Positions 10,059-19,135 of a DNA stretch of 64,000 nucleotides are shown in pieces (the first letter of the stretch is position 1; the number at the start of each line of letters is the position of its first letter). Below the pieces are notes generated by a model. That model saw only the letters and a list, made by a program, of their open reading frames with translations. It made no database searches and was not told the origin of the DNA. Source of the DNA: an uncultured Bifidobacteriaceae bacterium (lineage in GTDB: Bacteria > Acidobacteriota > Vicinamibacteria > Vicinamibacterales > UBA2999); assembly GCA_964535675.1 (NCBI GenBank), contig CAZHTD010000010.1, positions 2,100 to 66,099 of the forward strand, in the 5' to 3' direction. A program made the position numbers and the translations under genes.

Positions 10059-10535
10059 GTTTCACTAGCCTCATGCTTGTCGGCCCCTCTGGCGAAGGCC
10101 TGAACCGTCGCACACGCCTAGAGGTACCAAAACAGTTTAGCAGCCTATACGGTTGCGAGCCCGAGCACAACCCCGACGGGGGTACGATCGTCAGACGCCC
10201 GCTGAGTCTGATCCGAATTCGGTGGACTGGGTGACTACACCGGTTCCGTCGCCCGCCGAAGCGGCGGGCTGATGCGGTGCGTCTTATGTCCAACTCGGAG
10301 CGCGAAGCAGCTGAGGGGGTACGAATCCCCGCCATGATGAAAAGACCAGTGCGTGTCAATGGCTCACCGCGCTCAAGGGCCGGAGGTCGTCTGCCGCGAC
10401 GGGACGGGTTGGGGTGCGCCGCGACGCAATGGCGCCGGCACGGGCGCCCGGCGCGAAGCGGCTCAGACGTGGTGTGGGTAGTGCGCGGGAGTCCCATCGA
10501 CTCCCGGACCGCCCGTTAATCAACGCGCCCCCGTG

Positions 10536-10925
10536 TCAGAAGCGACCCGGCTCCTCACCGATGCCGAGGATGCTGCAGGCCTCCACCACGTTCAGACCGC
10601 GTGCCCGCGCTTCTTCGAGTAGCTGGCCGCTCCCAGCGCCGGGATTGATCCACACTTGGGCGATCCCCTTGTCGGCCAACCCGTTGAGCAGCGTCCGCCC
10701 GATCTCGGGTGGGACGTACACGGTCGCCACCTCGATTGGGCCGGGCACATCGGTCACCGACCTGTATGCCGGCAGTCCCTCCACCGACTCGGCGGTCGGG
10801 TGAATCGGGTACACCTCGTACCCCTGCTTGGAAAAAGCCCGCACGGCCTTGTTCCCGAACTTGCGCCGGTCGCGCGAGGCGCCGACCACCGCGACGGTTC
10901 TGCCCATGACTGGAATATTACCCAC
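10536..10925 (-). CDS. CoA-binding domain protein (YccU/YneT-like)
   Basis: 129 aa. RTVAVVGASRDRRKFGNKAV...GYEVYPIHP...YRSV.D.P is the typical CoA_binding_2 fold signature. Confidence 0.85.
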   Translation of the reverse strand: MGNIPVMGRTVAVVGASRDRRKFGNKAVRAFSKQGYEVYPIHPTAESVEGLPAYRSVTDVPGPIEVATVYVPPEIGRTLLNGLADKGIAQVWINPGAGSGQLLEEARARGLNVVEACSILGIGEEPGRF

Positions 10926-12147
10926 TACCGGCGGCCCCGGACGACGCGTCCCGCAGCCCGTCGGCGAAACGCAGGATACGGGTGGCCCCCTCCCGGAGCT
11001 GCTCGCGTGACGCCGCGTACGAGAGCCGGACGTGACCTGGAGTCCCGAACACCTCGCCCGGAGTCACCACCACCCGCTCTTCGAGTACGAGCGCGCGCGC
11101 AAGCGCGTCCGCGCTTGCCACGCCGTGCGGCGACAGCAACGCCGACACGTCCGGGAAGAGGTAGAACGCCCCCGACGGCCTGATGCACTGGATGGCCGGA
11201 TGCGCGGTCAGCCACCCGTGCAGCTGGTTGCGCCGCGCACGATATTCGTCGCGCATCCGCTCGACCGACTCCCCTGGCCCCTCCAGCGCCGCGAGCGCGG
11301 CCTTCTGGGTGATCGAGGTGACGTGCGAGGTCGTCTGCCCTTGCACGACGTTCATCGCATCGGTCAGCACCCGCGGCGCGATCGTCCAGCCGCACCGCCA
11401 GCCGGTCATCGCGTAGGTCTTCGAGGTCGACCCCGCCAGCACCGTGCCCGCCCGATGCCGCTCGAACAGGACGCCCGGCAGGTTGTGCGGTACTGCGTCA
11501 TGAATCAGCCGCTCGTAGCACAGGTCGGCGATCACCCAGATATCGCGTGCGGCCGCCGCGTCAGCCACCAGCGCCACGTCGGCCTCCGTCATGAGGGCTC
11601 CGGTCGGGTTGCCGGGCGAGTTGAGGATGACGGCCCGGGTGCGTGCCGTCATCGCCGCCACCAGGGCCCCGCCCCGCGGGACGAAGCCCTCGTCGGCCAG
11701 TGTCGGTACGATCACGGGTGCCCCGCCCGCCAGCCTGATCTGCTCGGGTATGGTCGGCCAGTACGGCGCGTGCGTGACGACCTCATCGCCCGGGTCAAGC
11801 AGCGCCAACACCGCGTTGAACAGCGCCTGCTTGCCGCCGGCGGTCACCAGCACCTCGTCACGTTCGACGTCGACGCCGTACTCTCCGCGGTACCACGCGG
11901 CGATCGCCTCACCCAACTCCGGGATACCCCGCGAGCTCGTGTACCGCGTGAAGTCGGCGCCGATGGCGTCACGCGCAGCCGCCTTGACGTGCGCTGGTGT
12001 GGGAAAGTCAGGCTCACCGGCGCTCAGGTCAACGATGTCCTCGCCCACGCGGCGCAAGCGCGCAGCCTCGGCCGCCACGGCCATTGTGGCCGATGGCCGC
12101 ACCCCGTCGAGGCGCCCGGCGAGTGCCACCAGTGGTTTCCGCGTCAC
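10918..12147 (-). CDS. Pyridoxal-phosphate-dependent aminotransferase (class I, aspartate/aromatic type)
   Basis: Contains LSAGEPDFPTP, NSPGNPTG and the PLP-lysine region STSKTYAMTGWRCGW. The ORF track starts at 12213, inside coaD. GTG at 12147, 8 nt after the coaD stop, is the more likely start. Confidence 0.9.
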   Translation of the reverse strand: MTRKPLVALAGRLDGVRPSATMAVAAEAARLRRVGEDIVDLSAGEPDFPTPAHVKAAARDAIGADFTRYTSSRGIPELGEAIAAWYRGEYGVDVERDEVLVTAGGKQALFNAVLALLDPGDEVVTHAPYWPTIPEQIRLAGGAPVIVPTLADEGFVPRGGALVAAMTARTRAVILNSPGNPTGALMTEADVALVADAAAARDIWVIADLCYERLIHDAVPHNLPGVLFERHRAGTVLAGSTSKTYAMTGWRCGWTIAPRVLTDAMNVVQGQTTSHVTSITQKAALAALEGPGESVERMRDEYRARRNQLHGWLTAHPAIQCIRPSGAFYLFPDVSALLSPHGVASADALARALVLEERVVVTPGEVFGTPGHVRLSYAASREQLREGATRILRFADGLRDASSGAAGSG

Positions 12148-12154
12148 GCCACGC

Positions 12155-12658
12155 TCAGTTCGGCTGGCGCAGGCGGCGCATACGCTCCTCAACGACCGTC
12201 GGCACGAGGCCACGTACTTCGCCGCCGAGCCGGTGTACTTCCTTGATCAGCCGTGAGCTCAGGTAGGTATAACGCTCGGCTGGCATCATAAACACGGTTT
12301 CCAGCGCTGGTTCCAGGTGGCGGTTCATCAGCGCCATCTGGAACTCGTACTCAAAATCCGAAATCGCGCGCAGTCCACGGATGATGGCACTCGCGCGGTG
12401 GCGTCGCGCGTAGTCGACCAGCAGACCGTCGAAGGTCTTCACCTCGATGTTCTGGTGCTCCCGGAACACGTCGCGGATCACCGCCACCCGTTCCTCAGCG
12501 CTGAACAGCGGTGTCTTGTCGGCGTTAACGAGCACGGCGACCAGGATGCGCTCGAAGAGGTGGGTGCTACGAAGGATGATGTCGACGTGGCCGTTCGTCA
12601 GCGGATCGAACGTCCCCGGACACAGCGCCAGCCGGCCGTTCGCTAACTCTGCAGACAT
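12155..12658 (-). CDS. coaD: Phosphopantetheine adenylyltransferase
   Basis: 167 aa. Has the GTFDPLTNGHVDI (T/HxGH) motif and CoaD length. Confidence 0.95.
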   Translation of the reverse strand: MSAELANGRLALCPGTFDPLTNGHVDIILRSTHLFERILVAVLVNADKTPLFSAEERVAVIRDVFREHQNIEVKTFDGLLVDYARRHRASAIIRGLRAISDFEYEFQMALMNRHLEPALETVFMMPAERYTYLSSRLIKEVHRLGGEVRGLVPTVVEERMRRLRQPN

Positions 12659-12665
12659 CGCGTGC

Positions 12666-13214
12666 TCACTCCCCTCCGCGCGCGAGCGCCATGAAGCTCA
12701 GCGCGCTGTCTCCCACGCGCAAGGTCCGCACGACGGCGAGCTCCGGCACCGCGGGCGGTGCGCTCCGGGAGGCATGCTCGAGCACCATCACTCCGTCCGG
12801 CGCGAGGCGTGCGGCCGCGGCCTTGAGCACCCCCGCGTCGGCGTTCCCGTACGGCGGGTCAAGCAGGGCTAGATCGAACCGGCATTCGGTGGGCAGGTCG
12901 TTAAGCACCGTCACGAACGCGCCGGGCGCCATTGTATGTCCACCCTCGACCCCGCACTTCCCCAGGTTAGCCCGGATGAGCGCGTTGGCCCGCCAGTCTG
13001 CCTCGACGAACGTCACCTCGGCAGCGCCCCGGCTGATCGCCTCGAGACCAACCGCACCGGTCCCCGCAAAGCCGTCAAGCACCTTGGCTCCGCACACGCG
13101 ATCGCCCAACACGTTGAACAGGGTCTCGCGCAGCCGGTCCGACGTGGGCCGTAGGCCCCGCCAGCGCGGCGTCCCGAGCCGGCGGCCCTTCAGGCGCCCC
13201 GCGATGATCCGCAC
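12666..13214 (-). CDS. rsmD: 16S rRNA (guanine966-N2)-methyltransferase
   Basis: 182 aa. MRIIAGRLKGRRL...RPTSDRLRETLFN...LDGFAGTGAVGLEA...DPPY, in the classic rsmD-coaD pairing. Confidence 0.9.
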   Translation of the reverse strand: MRIIAGRLKGRRLGTPRWRGLRPTSDRLRETLFNVLGDRVCGAKVLDGFAGTGAVGLEAISRGAAEVTFVEADWRANALIRANLGKCGVEGGHTMAPGAFVTVLNDLPTECRFDLALLDPPYGNADAGVLKAAAARLAPDGVMVLEHASRSAPPAVPELAVVRTLRVGDSALSFMALARGGE

Positions 13215-13227
13215 GATGTGCTTCTCC

Positions 13228-15312
13228 TCATCCGACGTCGATTAGCCCGAACCGTGCGGGCCACTGCTCTCGGACAAAGCCCTCGAGCTCAGGCGCCAGC
13301 GCCCCGCTCGCGAGGAGCGCCCGCGCCTCGCGGTGCGCGTCCTCCATCAGGTCGCGATCTCGCAGGAGGTCGCTCGTCCGCAGCCGTGGCATCCCCGACT
13401 GGCGCGTGCCGAAGAAGTCTCCGGGGCCACGCAGTTCGAGATCGCGCTCGGCGATGACGAATCCGTCGGAGCTATCGGCCATCACCTGCAGGCGCTGACG
13501 GGCCTCGTCGGACCAAGGCGCCTGATACATGAGTACGCAGTGCGACGTCCACTCACCGCGCCCGACGCGGCCGCGCAGCTGGTGGAGTTGGGAGAGGCCG
13601 AAACGCTCCGCGTGCTCGACGACCATCACCGTCGCGTTGGGCACGTCGATCCCGACCTCCACCACCGTCGTTGACACCAACACGTCGACCCGGCCGGCGG
13701 CGAACGCCTGCATGACACGGTCTTTCTCGTCCTGCTTCATGCGCCCGTGCAGCAGCGCCACCGCCCGGTCCCCGAACTCGGCACCGAGCCGGTCGGCCAT
13801 CTCGGTCGCGGAGCGGAGATCGACTTTCGCTGACGCCTCTACCAGCGGGTAGATGACGTAGGCCTGCCGGCCGCGCGCCAACTCGGCGCCAAGCAGATCG
13901 TAGACCTCGCGGCGGCACGACTCGGGCACGAGCGTGGTGCGGATCGGCCGGCGACCGGGGGGCAGGCCGCTAATACGCGAGACGTCGAGCTCTCCGTAGT
14001 CGGTGAGCGCCAGCGTGCGCGGAATGGGCGTGGCCGTCATCAGTAACACGTCGGGGTGCAGACCCTTCTCCCCCATGGCGGCACGCTGTGCCACCCCGAA
14101 TCGGTGTTGCTCGTCGATGATCACCAAGCCCAGTTTCCGAAAGGCCACGGCCTCCTGTACAAGCGCATGCGTCCCGACCACCAAGTGCGTAGTCCCGCGC
14201 TCGACCCCCGCGCGCTGTGCCGCGCGCTCGGCGCCGCCCGAGCCCCCGGTCAGCAACCCCACGCGGAACCGCGAGGCGGCGAGCCGCGTGGCGAGGTTCG
14301 CGTAGTGCTGTGCGGCGAGGATCTCGGTCGGTGCCATGAAGGCTACCTGCAGGCTGTTCTCCATCGCCACGACCGCGGCCAGCAGGGCGACGATGGTCTT
14401 GCCCGCGCCCACGTCGCCTTGCAACAACCGGTGCATGGGCTGCGCCCGGCGCATGTCGTTGACAATCTCACGCGCTGCAACGCGCTGCCCCGGGGTCAGC
14501 GTGAACGGCAACACGGCTGCGGCCGACGTGCGGATGCGATCGTCGACGATAGGCACATGTGGCTTGGTCTCGGCCAGCCGCTGGTGACGCCGCCACGCGT
14601 GCCCGAGCTGGAACAGGAACAACTCCTCGAAGATCAGCCGCCGCTGGGCAGGCATGCGGAAGGCATTGACGCGGTCGACGTCCGTCCCAGGCGCCGGAAA
14701 GTGCGCCTCCAGGAGCGCGTCGCGGCGGGTCGGCAAGCCCAGGCGTGTGCGCAGCGCCTGGGACAATACCTCCGGCACCGACGCCGGCAGCCGGTCGAGC
14801 GCCTCCCGTACGAGCCGCCGGTGCATGTTGGGAGTCACCTGGCCCGTGCGCTCGTAGAACGGCACGACCCGGCCGGTCTGCAGTCCCTCGATCCCGCCGG
14901 TGACCAGCTCGAACTCCGGGTGCTGGAAGTGCAGGCCGCTCGAGTCGAGCTTCACGTCGCCGAAGATCACCACCTCGGCGCGCGGCACCAGCAGGTCGAC
15001 CAGGTACGGCTGGTTCATCCACACGCAACGCACAGCACCGCTCTTGTCGCCGACCACCGTCCGGAAGATTGTGAAACCGCGACGGCGTGTGCGTGCGAGC
15101 TGTGCACTCTTGACTGTGCCGAGTACGGCCACGCGCATGCCCGGACGCAGCGAGGCCACTGATTGCATTCGGCTACGGTCCTCGTAGCGGAATGGCAGGC
15201 GGTCGAGCAGATCCGCGACGGTCTCAAGGCCCGCGCGCTTCAGATCTTCAGCCTTGCGGGGACCAACGCCCTTCAGATAGCGCAGCGGGAGGCCGAGATC
15301 GCGTAGCGGCAT
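13228..15312 (-). CDS. recG: ATP-dependent DNA helicase RecG
   Basis: 694 aa. Wedge domain plus SF2 helicase motifs (GDVGAGKT, DEQHRFG, MTATPIPRT, HGRMK..EK, QLHQLRGRVGRG). Confidence 0.96.
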   Translation of the reverse strand: MPLRDLGLPLRYLKGVGPRKAEDLKRAGLETVADLLDRLPFRYEDRSRMQSVASLRPGMRVAVLGTVKSAQLARTRRRGFTIFRTVVGDKSGAVRCVWMNQPYLVDLLVPRAEVVIFGDVKLDSSGLHFQHPEFELVTGGIEGLQTGRVVPFYERTGQVTPNMHRRLVREALDRLPASVPEVLSQALRTRLGLPTRRDALLEAHFPAPGTDVDRVNAFRMPAQRRLIFEELFLFQLGHAWRRHQRLAETKPHVPIVDDRIRTSAAAVLPFTLTPGQRVAAREIVNDMRRAQPMHRLLQGDVGAGKTIVALLAAVVAMENSLQVAFMAPTEILAAQHYANLATRLAASRFRVGLLTGGSGGAERAAQRAGVERGTTHLVVGTHALVQEAVAFRKLGLVIIDEQHRFGVAQRAAMGEKGLHPDVLLMTATPIPRTLALTDYGELDVSRISGLPPGRRPIRTTLVPESCRREVYDLLGAELARGRQAYVIYPLVEASAKVDLRSATEMADRLGAEFGDRAVALLHGRMKQDEKDRVMQAFAAGRVDVLVSTTVVEVGIDVPNATVMVVEHAERFGLSQLHQLRGRVGRGEWTSHCVLMYQAPWSDEARQRLQVMADSSDGFVIAERDLELRGPGDFFGTRQSGMPRLRTSDLLRDRDLMEDAHREARALLASGALAPELEGFVREQWPARFGLIDVG

Positions 15313-15368
15313 ACCCGCCGTCGCGTCGGACGCTTGAGCCGCAGAGTCGGATCCTGACGGCAGGGCAG

Positions 15369-15977
15369 TTACTGGATCACAATCGCGCGTCCGCTGCCGA
15401 TCACAATCCGGTCGATCCCGGCTGGCAGGGCGAACGACTCACTGAGACGAACCCCCTCGGGGTTCTCGGGTGTCCGCGTGTAGTGTATGAGGAGCTGTTG
15501 GAGCACCGACTCGGGCACCACAATCCCAGCAATCGAGGCCTGCTCGAGGACGACGCGTCCCTGGCCGACGCCGGTTTCGAGCTGTCCCTCCACCTGCACC
15601 GGAACGAGCCCGGTGAGGAGGCTCAGCGGATTCAGACCCCCGCCCGTTGCAGGCGTGCCTAGCGTCTCAAGGTCGATGGTGACCATCGCCGAGACCTTGC
15701 CGTCCATCCCCAAGGTCACCTCGGCGCTGGTCACCCCAGGCATCGTCTCAAGGGCCTCCAGCGCAAGCCACGAGTTGATCTCCCCTTCGGTCACCACCGT
15801 CCGACGGGCCGTCTGGGGTGGGTCGGGCTGACGCTCCGCCTCGGCACGGGTGCGAATCTCCACGAGCTTGCGTACCAACGCGTCCCTTTCCTCGGGGGTC
15901 ACGGCGGCTACTCCCGCCGACAGCAGGAGCACCCCCATGACGGTCAACACCACCGGAATCCGGGCGTGGACAGACAT
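15369..15977 (-). CDS. Hypothetical membrane-anchored/secreted protein
   Basis: 202 aa with an N-terminal hydrophobic anchor (IPVVLTVMGVLLLSAGVAA). The rest has ordinary coding composition. I can name no family. Confidence 0.6.
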   Translation of the reverse strand: MSVHARIPVVLTVMGVLLLSAGVAAVTPEERDALVRKLVEIRTRAEAERQPDPPQTARRTVVTEGEINSWLALEALETMPGVTSAEVTLGMDGKVSAMVTIDLETLGTPATGGGLNPLSLLTGLVPVQVEGQLETGVGQGRVVLEQASIAGIVVPESVLQQLLIHYTRTPENPEGVRLSESFALPAGIDRIVIGSGRAIVIQ

Positions 15978-16069
15978 CTCGATCGCTTGTTGTCAGTTTA
16001 ATCTACCCAGGTTCGGGGTGGTAATTGTGCCCTGGGCACACCCATCTAGGTGTGCCAAGGCTTTCTGGG

Positions 16070-16098
16070 TTGATATTCGCCTTCTGTTCGCATATAGT
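16070..16098 (+). promoter_or_regulatory. Sigma70-type promoter candidate for lexA (TTGATA-17 nt-TATAGT)
   Basis: Read directly: -35 TTGATA at 16070-16075, a 17 nt spacer, then -10 TATAGT at 16093-16098. GAGGAGG at 16111-16117 and the TTG start at 16123 follow. Confidence 0.5.
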
Positions 16099-16122
16099 CA
16101 ACGACTAGTTGAGGAGGTTTAT

Positions 16123-16728
16123 TTGCTGCCGCTGACGAAACGACAGCGCGAGATCCTAGATTACCTGAGCGATTTTATCGGCCAGCACGGCTACGCGCCG
16201 AGCTTGGAGGAAATCGGCCGGCGTTTCAACCTCTCCTCGCTCGCCACGGTGCACAAGCACCTGACGAACCTGCAGGAGAAGGGGTTCATCCGGCGGGCTT
16301 GGAACCGCAGCCGGTCGGTCGAACTGATCCCCACGCGGGTCGGTCAGCGCGCCGTCGAGCTGCCGTTGCTCGGCTACGTCGCCGCCGGCGTGCCGATCGA
16401 GGCCATCGCCTCCACCGAGTCCATCGCGGTACCGGACTCGCTTGCCGGCAAACGCAACAGCTACGTGCTGCGCGTCAAGGGTGACTCGATGATCGACGAG
16501 CAGATCCGCGACGGTGACTACGTCGTGGTCGAGGCTCGCAAGTCGGCCGCCAACGGTGAGATGGTGATCGCCCTGCTCAACGGGCTCGACGTCACCTTGA
16601 AGAAGTTCTACCAGGAGAACGGACAGATTCGGCTGCAGCCCGCTAATCCGATGATGCGGCCCATCCTGATGACGCCCGATCAGGTACAGGTGAAGGGAGT
16701 CGTCATCGGGATCATGCGAAAATACTGA
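16123..16728 (+). CDS. lexA: LexA repressor
   Basis: Has LTKRQREILDYL..HGYAPSLEEIG, cleavage site VAAG, and S24 peptidase motifs (VKGDSM, catalytic Lys in the VTLKKF region). The ORF-track frame opens at 15850, but homology starts at TTG 16123, preceded by GAGGAGG. Confidence 0.93.
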   Translation: MLPLTKRQREILDYLSDFIGQHGYAPSLEEIGRRFNLSSLATVHKHLTNLQEKGFIRRAWNRSRSVELIPTRVGQRAVELPLLGYVAAGVPIEAIASTESIAVPDSLAGKRNSYVLRVKGDSMIDEQIRDGDYVVVEARKSAANGEMVIALLNGLDVTLKKFYQENGQIRLQPANPMMRPILMTPDQVQVKGVVIGIMRKY

Positions 16729-16730
16729 GT

Positions 16731-17057
16731 ATGCCTGACCAACTTGCACGCAAACAGATCAACTTCAGCGTCGTACCGGACGAAGCATCCGACGTCCCCC
16801 GCACCTACGCGAACTTCTGTGCCGTCGCGCACACGCCGTTTGACTTCACCTTGTCGTTCTGCGAGGTAATGCCGCTCTCTGAGCGGGACGTGCGCGACGC
16901 CACCACCGAGCAGGTGGTGCGGGCACCGGTGCGAGCGCGTGTGGTCGTCCCCGTGCAGTTTGTGCCGAGCCTAGTGGCCGCGCTGCAGGAACACCTGCGC
17001 GTCTTCGCCGACTCGCCCGGCGCGGCCGGCTGGACCAAGCCCAAGCCCGTCCACTAG
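16731..17057 (+). CDS. DUF3467 family protein
   Basis: 108 aa. The core YANFCAVAHTPFDFTLSF is the signature I recall for DUF3467. It starts 2 nt after the lexA stop. Confidence 0.8.
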   Translation: MPDQLARKQINFSVVPDEASDVPRTYANFCAVAHTPFDFTLSFCEVMPLSERDVRDATTEQVVRAPVRARVVVPVQFVPSLVAALQEHLRVFADSPGAAGWTKPKPVH

Positions 17058-17082
17058 GTACCAGCGCGGATCACCAGGCGTC

Positions 17083-17817
17083 ATGAAATCGGCCCGGATC
17101 ACGCGGCGCATCATCGAGACGCTGGCCGAACAACACCCCAACGCCAACACCGAGCTCGCCTACCGCACGCCGTTCGAGCTGCTGGCCGCGACCATGCTGT
17201 CCGCCCAGTCGACCGACGTGCGCGTGAACCTGGTGACGCCCGCGCTGTTCGCCCGCTATCCCGATGCGGCGAGACTGGCCACCGCCGAGCCGGCCGAGCT
17301 TGAAGCGACCATCGTCTCCACGGGCTTCTTTCGGCAGAAAACGCGGGCGCTCATCCGCATGGCGCAGGCCCTGGTCGCAGACCACGACGGTGAGGTGCCG
17401 GCCGACATGAACGCACTGACGCGCCTGCCGGGAGTGGGCCGCAAGACCGCGAACGTCGTGCTCGGCCACGCGCTGGGCGTGCCGGCGCTGCCCGTCGACC
17501 GCCACGTCATCCGCGTGGCCAACCGCCTCGGGATCACCGACAGCGAGAAGCCCGAAGTTATTGAGCGCCAGCTCTACAAAGCTCTTCCCCGCAGGCTGTG
17601 GACACTCGCCTCGGACGTCCAGATCCTCCACGGCCGTCGCGTATGCCGCCCGGCAAAGCCGCACTGCAATGCCTGTCTCGTGCGCATGGACTGTGACTTT
17701 GTCGCGGCCAGTGCCCGCGCGGACGCCGATCCCCGCATCCACCAGCGCCGACGTGCGCCGTGTCGCACGCGCCCCCGCGCCCATGACACGAAGAGAGTTC
17801 GAACGCCTCGTCGATGA
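17083..17817 (+). CDS. nth: Endonuclease III
   Basis: HhH-GPD motif (LPGVGRKTANVVL) and a 4Fe-4S loop (CRPAKPHCNACLVRMDC). An Arg-rich tail overlaps the next gene by 35 nt. Confidence 0.93.
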   Translation: MKSARITRRIIETLAEQHPNANTELAYRTPFELLAATMLSAQSTDVRVNLVTPALFARYPDAARLATAEPAELEATIVSTGFFRQKTRALIRMAQALVADHDGEVPADMNALTRLPGVGRKTANVVLGHALGVPALPVDRHVIRVANRLGITDSEKPEVIERQLYKALPRRLWTLASDVQILHGRRVCRPAKPHCNACLVRMDCDFVAASARADADPRIHQRRRAPCRTRPRAHDTKRVRTPRR

Positions 17818-18193
17818 GGCGGTCGCCAGCATTCCGTCCGACTTCCGGCGCGAGATGCGGAACCTGGCACTGGTGATTGAAGACGAGCCCTCGGTCGATC
17901 TCTTAGCCGAGATGGGCATCGAGCCGCCCGGCACGCTGTACGGCCTCTACCAAGGAACACCCATCACGGAGCGGCACTGGTCGGAGGACAACCTACTGCC
18001 TGACCAAATCACGTTATTCCAGGGCCCGATCGAGGCCGACGGGCTGGACCCCGAGGAGATTCGCGTGGCGGTCGCCGAAACGCTGATCCACGAGATCGGA
18101 CACTACTTCGGTCTCAGCGAGGAAGAAATCGAGGAGATCGAGGAGCGCTACTGGCGAGGCGAAACCGCGGCTGACGAGGAGACCGGGCCATGA
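17783..18193 (+). CDS. Zinc metallopeptidase-like protein (zincin, DUF1025-type)
   Basis: 136 aa counted from ATG 17783 (MTRREFERLVDEAV...). It has an HEIGHYFG zinc motif. The upstream part of the 17561 ORF is the nth tail read in another frame. Confidence 0.8.
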   Translation: MTRREFERLVDEAVASIPSDFRREMRNLALVIEDEPSVDLLAEMGIEPPGTLYGLYQGTPITERHWSEDNLLPDQITLFQGPIEADGLDPEEIRVAVAETLIHEIGHYFGLSEEEIEEIEERYWRGETAADEETGP

Positions 18194-18987
18194 GACTGCC
18201 GCCGGCGCGCCGACGGTTCGCCCAGCACTTTCTCGAGCCGGCCTGGGTGGCCAAGGTGCTCGCAGCGGCAGACCTCACCGCCGACGACCGTGTCCTTGAG
18301 ATCGGGCCCGGCTGCGGCGCGCTCACCCGTCCGCTCGCCACGCGGGTCGCGCGCGTTATCGCCGTCGAGGTGGACCGTGACCTCGTTGTGGCGCTGGAAA
18401 CCGCGGCGCTCCCCGGGGTGCAGGTGGTCTTGAGCGATTTCCTAGATGTCGACCTCGAGCGGCTGCTTGCCAACGAACCCCTGCCGTGGCGCGTAGTCGC
18501 TAACCTTCCCTACAACGTGGCCACGCCGATCCTATTTCGCCTGCTCAAGGCCAGCGACGGCGGCCGCCGGTGCCAGGATGCCACCCTGATGCTGCAAACC
18601 GAGGTGGCTGACCGCCTGCTCGCTGGGCCTGGCAGCCGTGCGTACGGGTCGCTCACGCTCCAGGTCGGGCTCGACGCCGACGTGCGGTGCCTACTCACGC
18701 TGCCCCCAGGGGCGTTCCGGCCGGCCCCGAAGGTGAGCTCCACGGTGGTCCGCCTGACGTTTCGGGCACCGCGGGCCGAAGTGGGCGACCGGGCCGTGTT
18801 CACCCGCCTCGCTCGAGGCCTCTTCCTGCACCGTCGCAAGATGCTCCAGAATGCCTTGGCGCCAGTCGCCCTGACGCTGAGTGCTGATCCGACCCAACTG
18901 ATTGAGAGAGCTGGACTTGACGGGTCACGGCGCCCTCAAACCCTCACCGTCGAGGATCTGGCCCGGCTTTCGAGAGCTGTGCTATAG
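18190..18987 (+). CDS. rsmA: 16S rRNA (adenine1518/1519-N6)-dimethyltransferase
   Basis: 265 aa. FAQHFL start, SAM motif VLEIGPGCGALT, and NLPYNVATPILF. Confidence 0.93.
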   Translation: MRLPPARRRFAQHFLEPAWVAKVLAAADLTADDRVLEIGPGCGALTRPLATRVARVIAVEVDRDLVVALETAALPGVQVVLSDFLDVDLERLLANEPLPWRVVANLPYNVATPILFRLLKASDGGRRCQDATLMLQTEVADRLLAGPGSRAYGSLTLQVGLDADVRCLLTLPPGAFRPAPKVSSTVVRLTFRAPRAEVGDRAVFTRLARGLFLHRRKMLQNALAPVALTLSADPTQLIERAGLDGSRRPQTLTVEDLARLSRAVL

Positions 18988-19135
18988 TCCTTTCACGTTA
19001 ACTTGTTAATCCCTCCCTGTTTCCAGGCTTCCCCAGCAGCCTGACCGAGGCGTGGTTACGCCCGCTGCGCAGGATCCACCCGCCCGGGTGTTCCTCCCGC
19101 GTGTGTTCGCTTGAGGCGGCTGGATTTTCGGTTCA

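Noticed and set aside
10315-10335. A tRNA/tmRNA-like T-arm, GGGGG-TACGAAT-CCCC.
   Set aside because: Only 4 bp can pair, there is no acceptor or CCA context, and there is no D or anticodon arm nearby.
10059-10535. Possible cobalamin, TPP or c-di-AMP (ydaO) riboswitch. The fragments GCTGAGTCTGATCCGAATTCGG, CCGGAGGTCGTCTGCC and CCCCCTCAGCTGC faintly recall conserved boxes.
   Set aside because: Each resemblance is partial and scattered over both strands, and the other obligatory conserved segments of those classes are missing. The TPP-like and B12-like strings are on the strand with no downstream gene.
16084-16099. CTGT-TCGCATAT-AGTC in the lexA promoter as an E. coli-type SOS box (CTGT-N8-ACAG), or as GTTC-N7-GTCA (alphaproteobacterial type).
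   Set aside because: The right half-site does not match either consensus and the element is not palindromic. It is mentioned only as context in the lexA finding.
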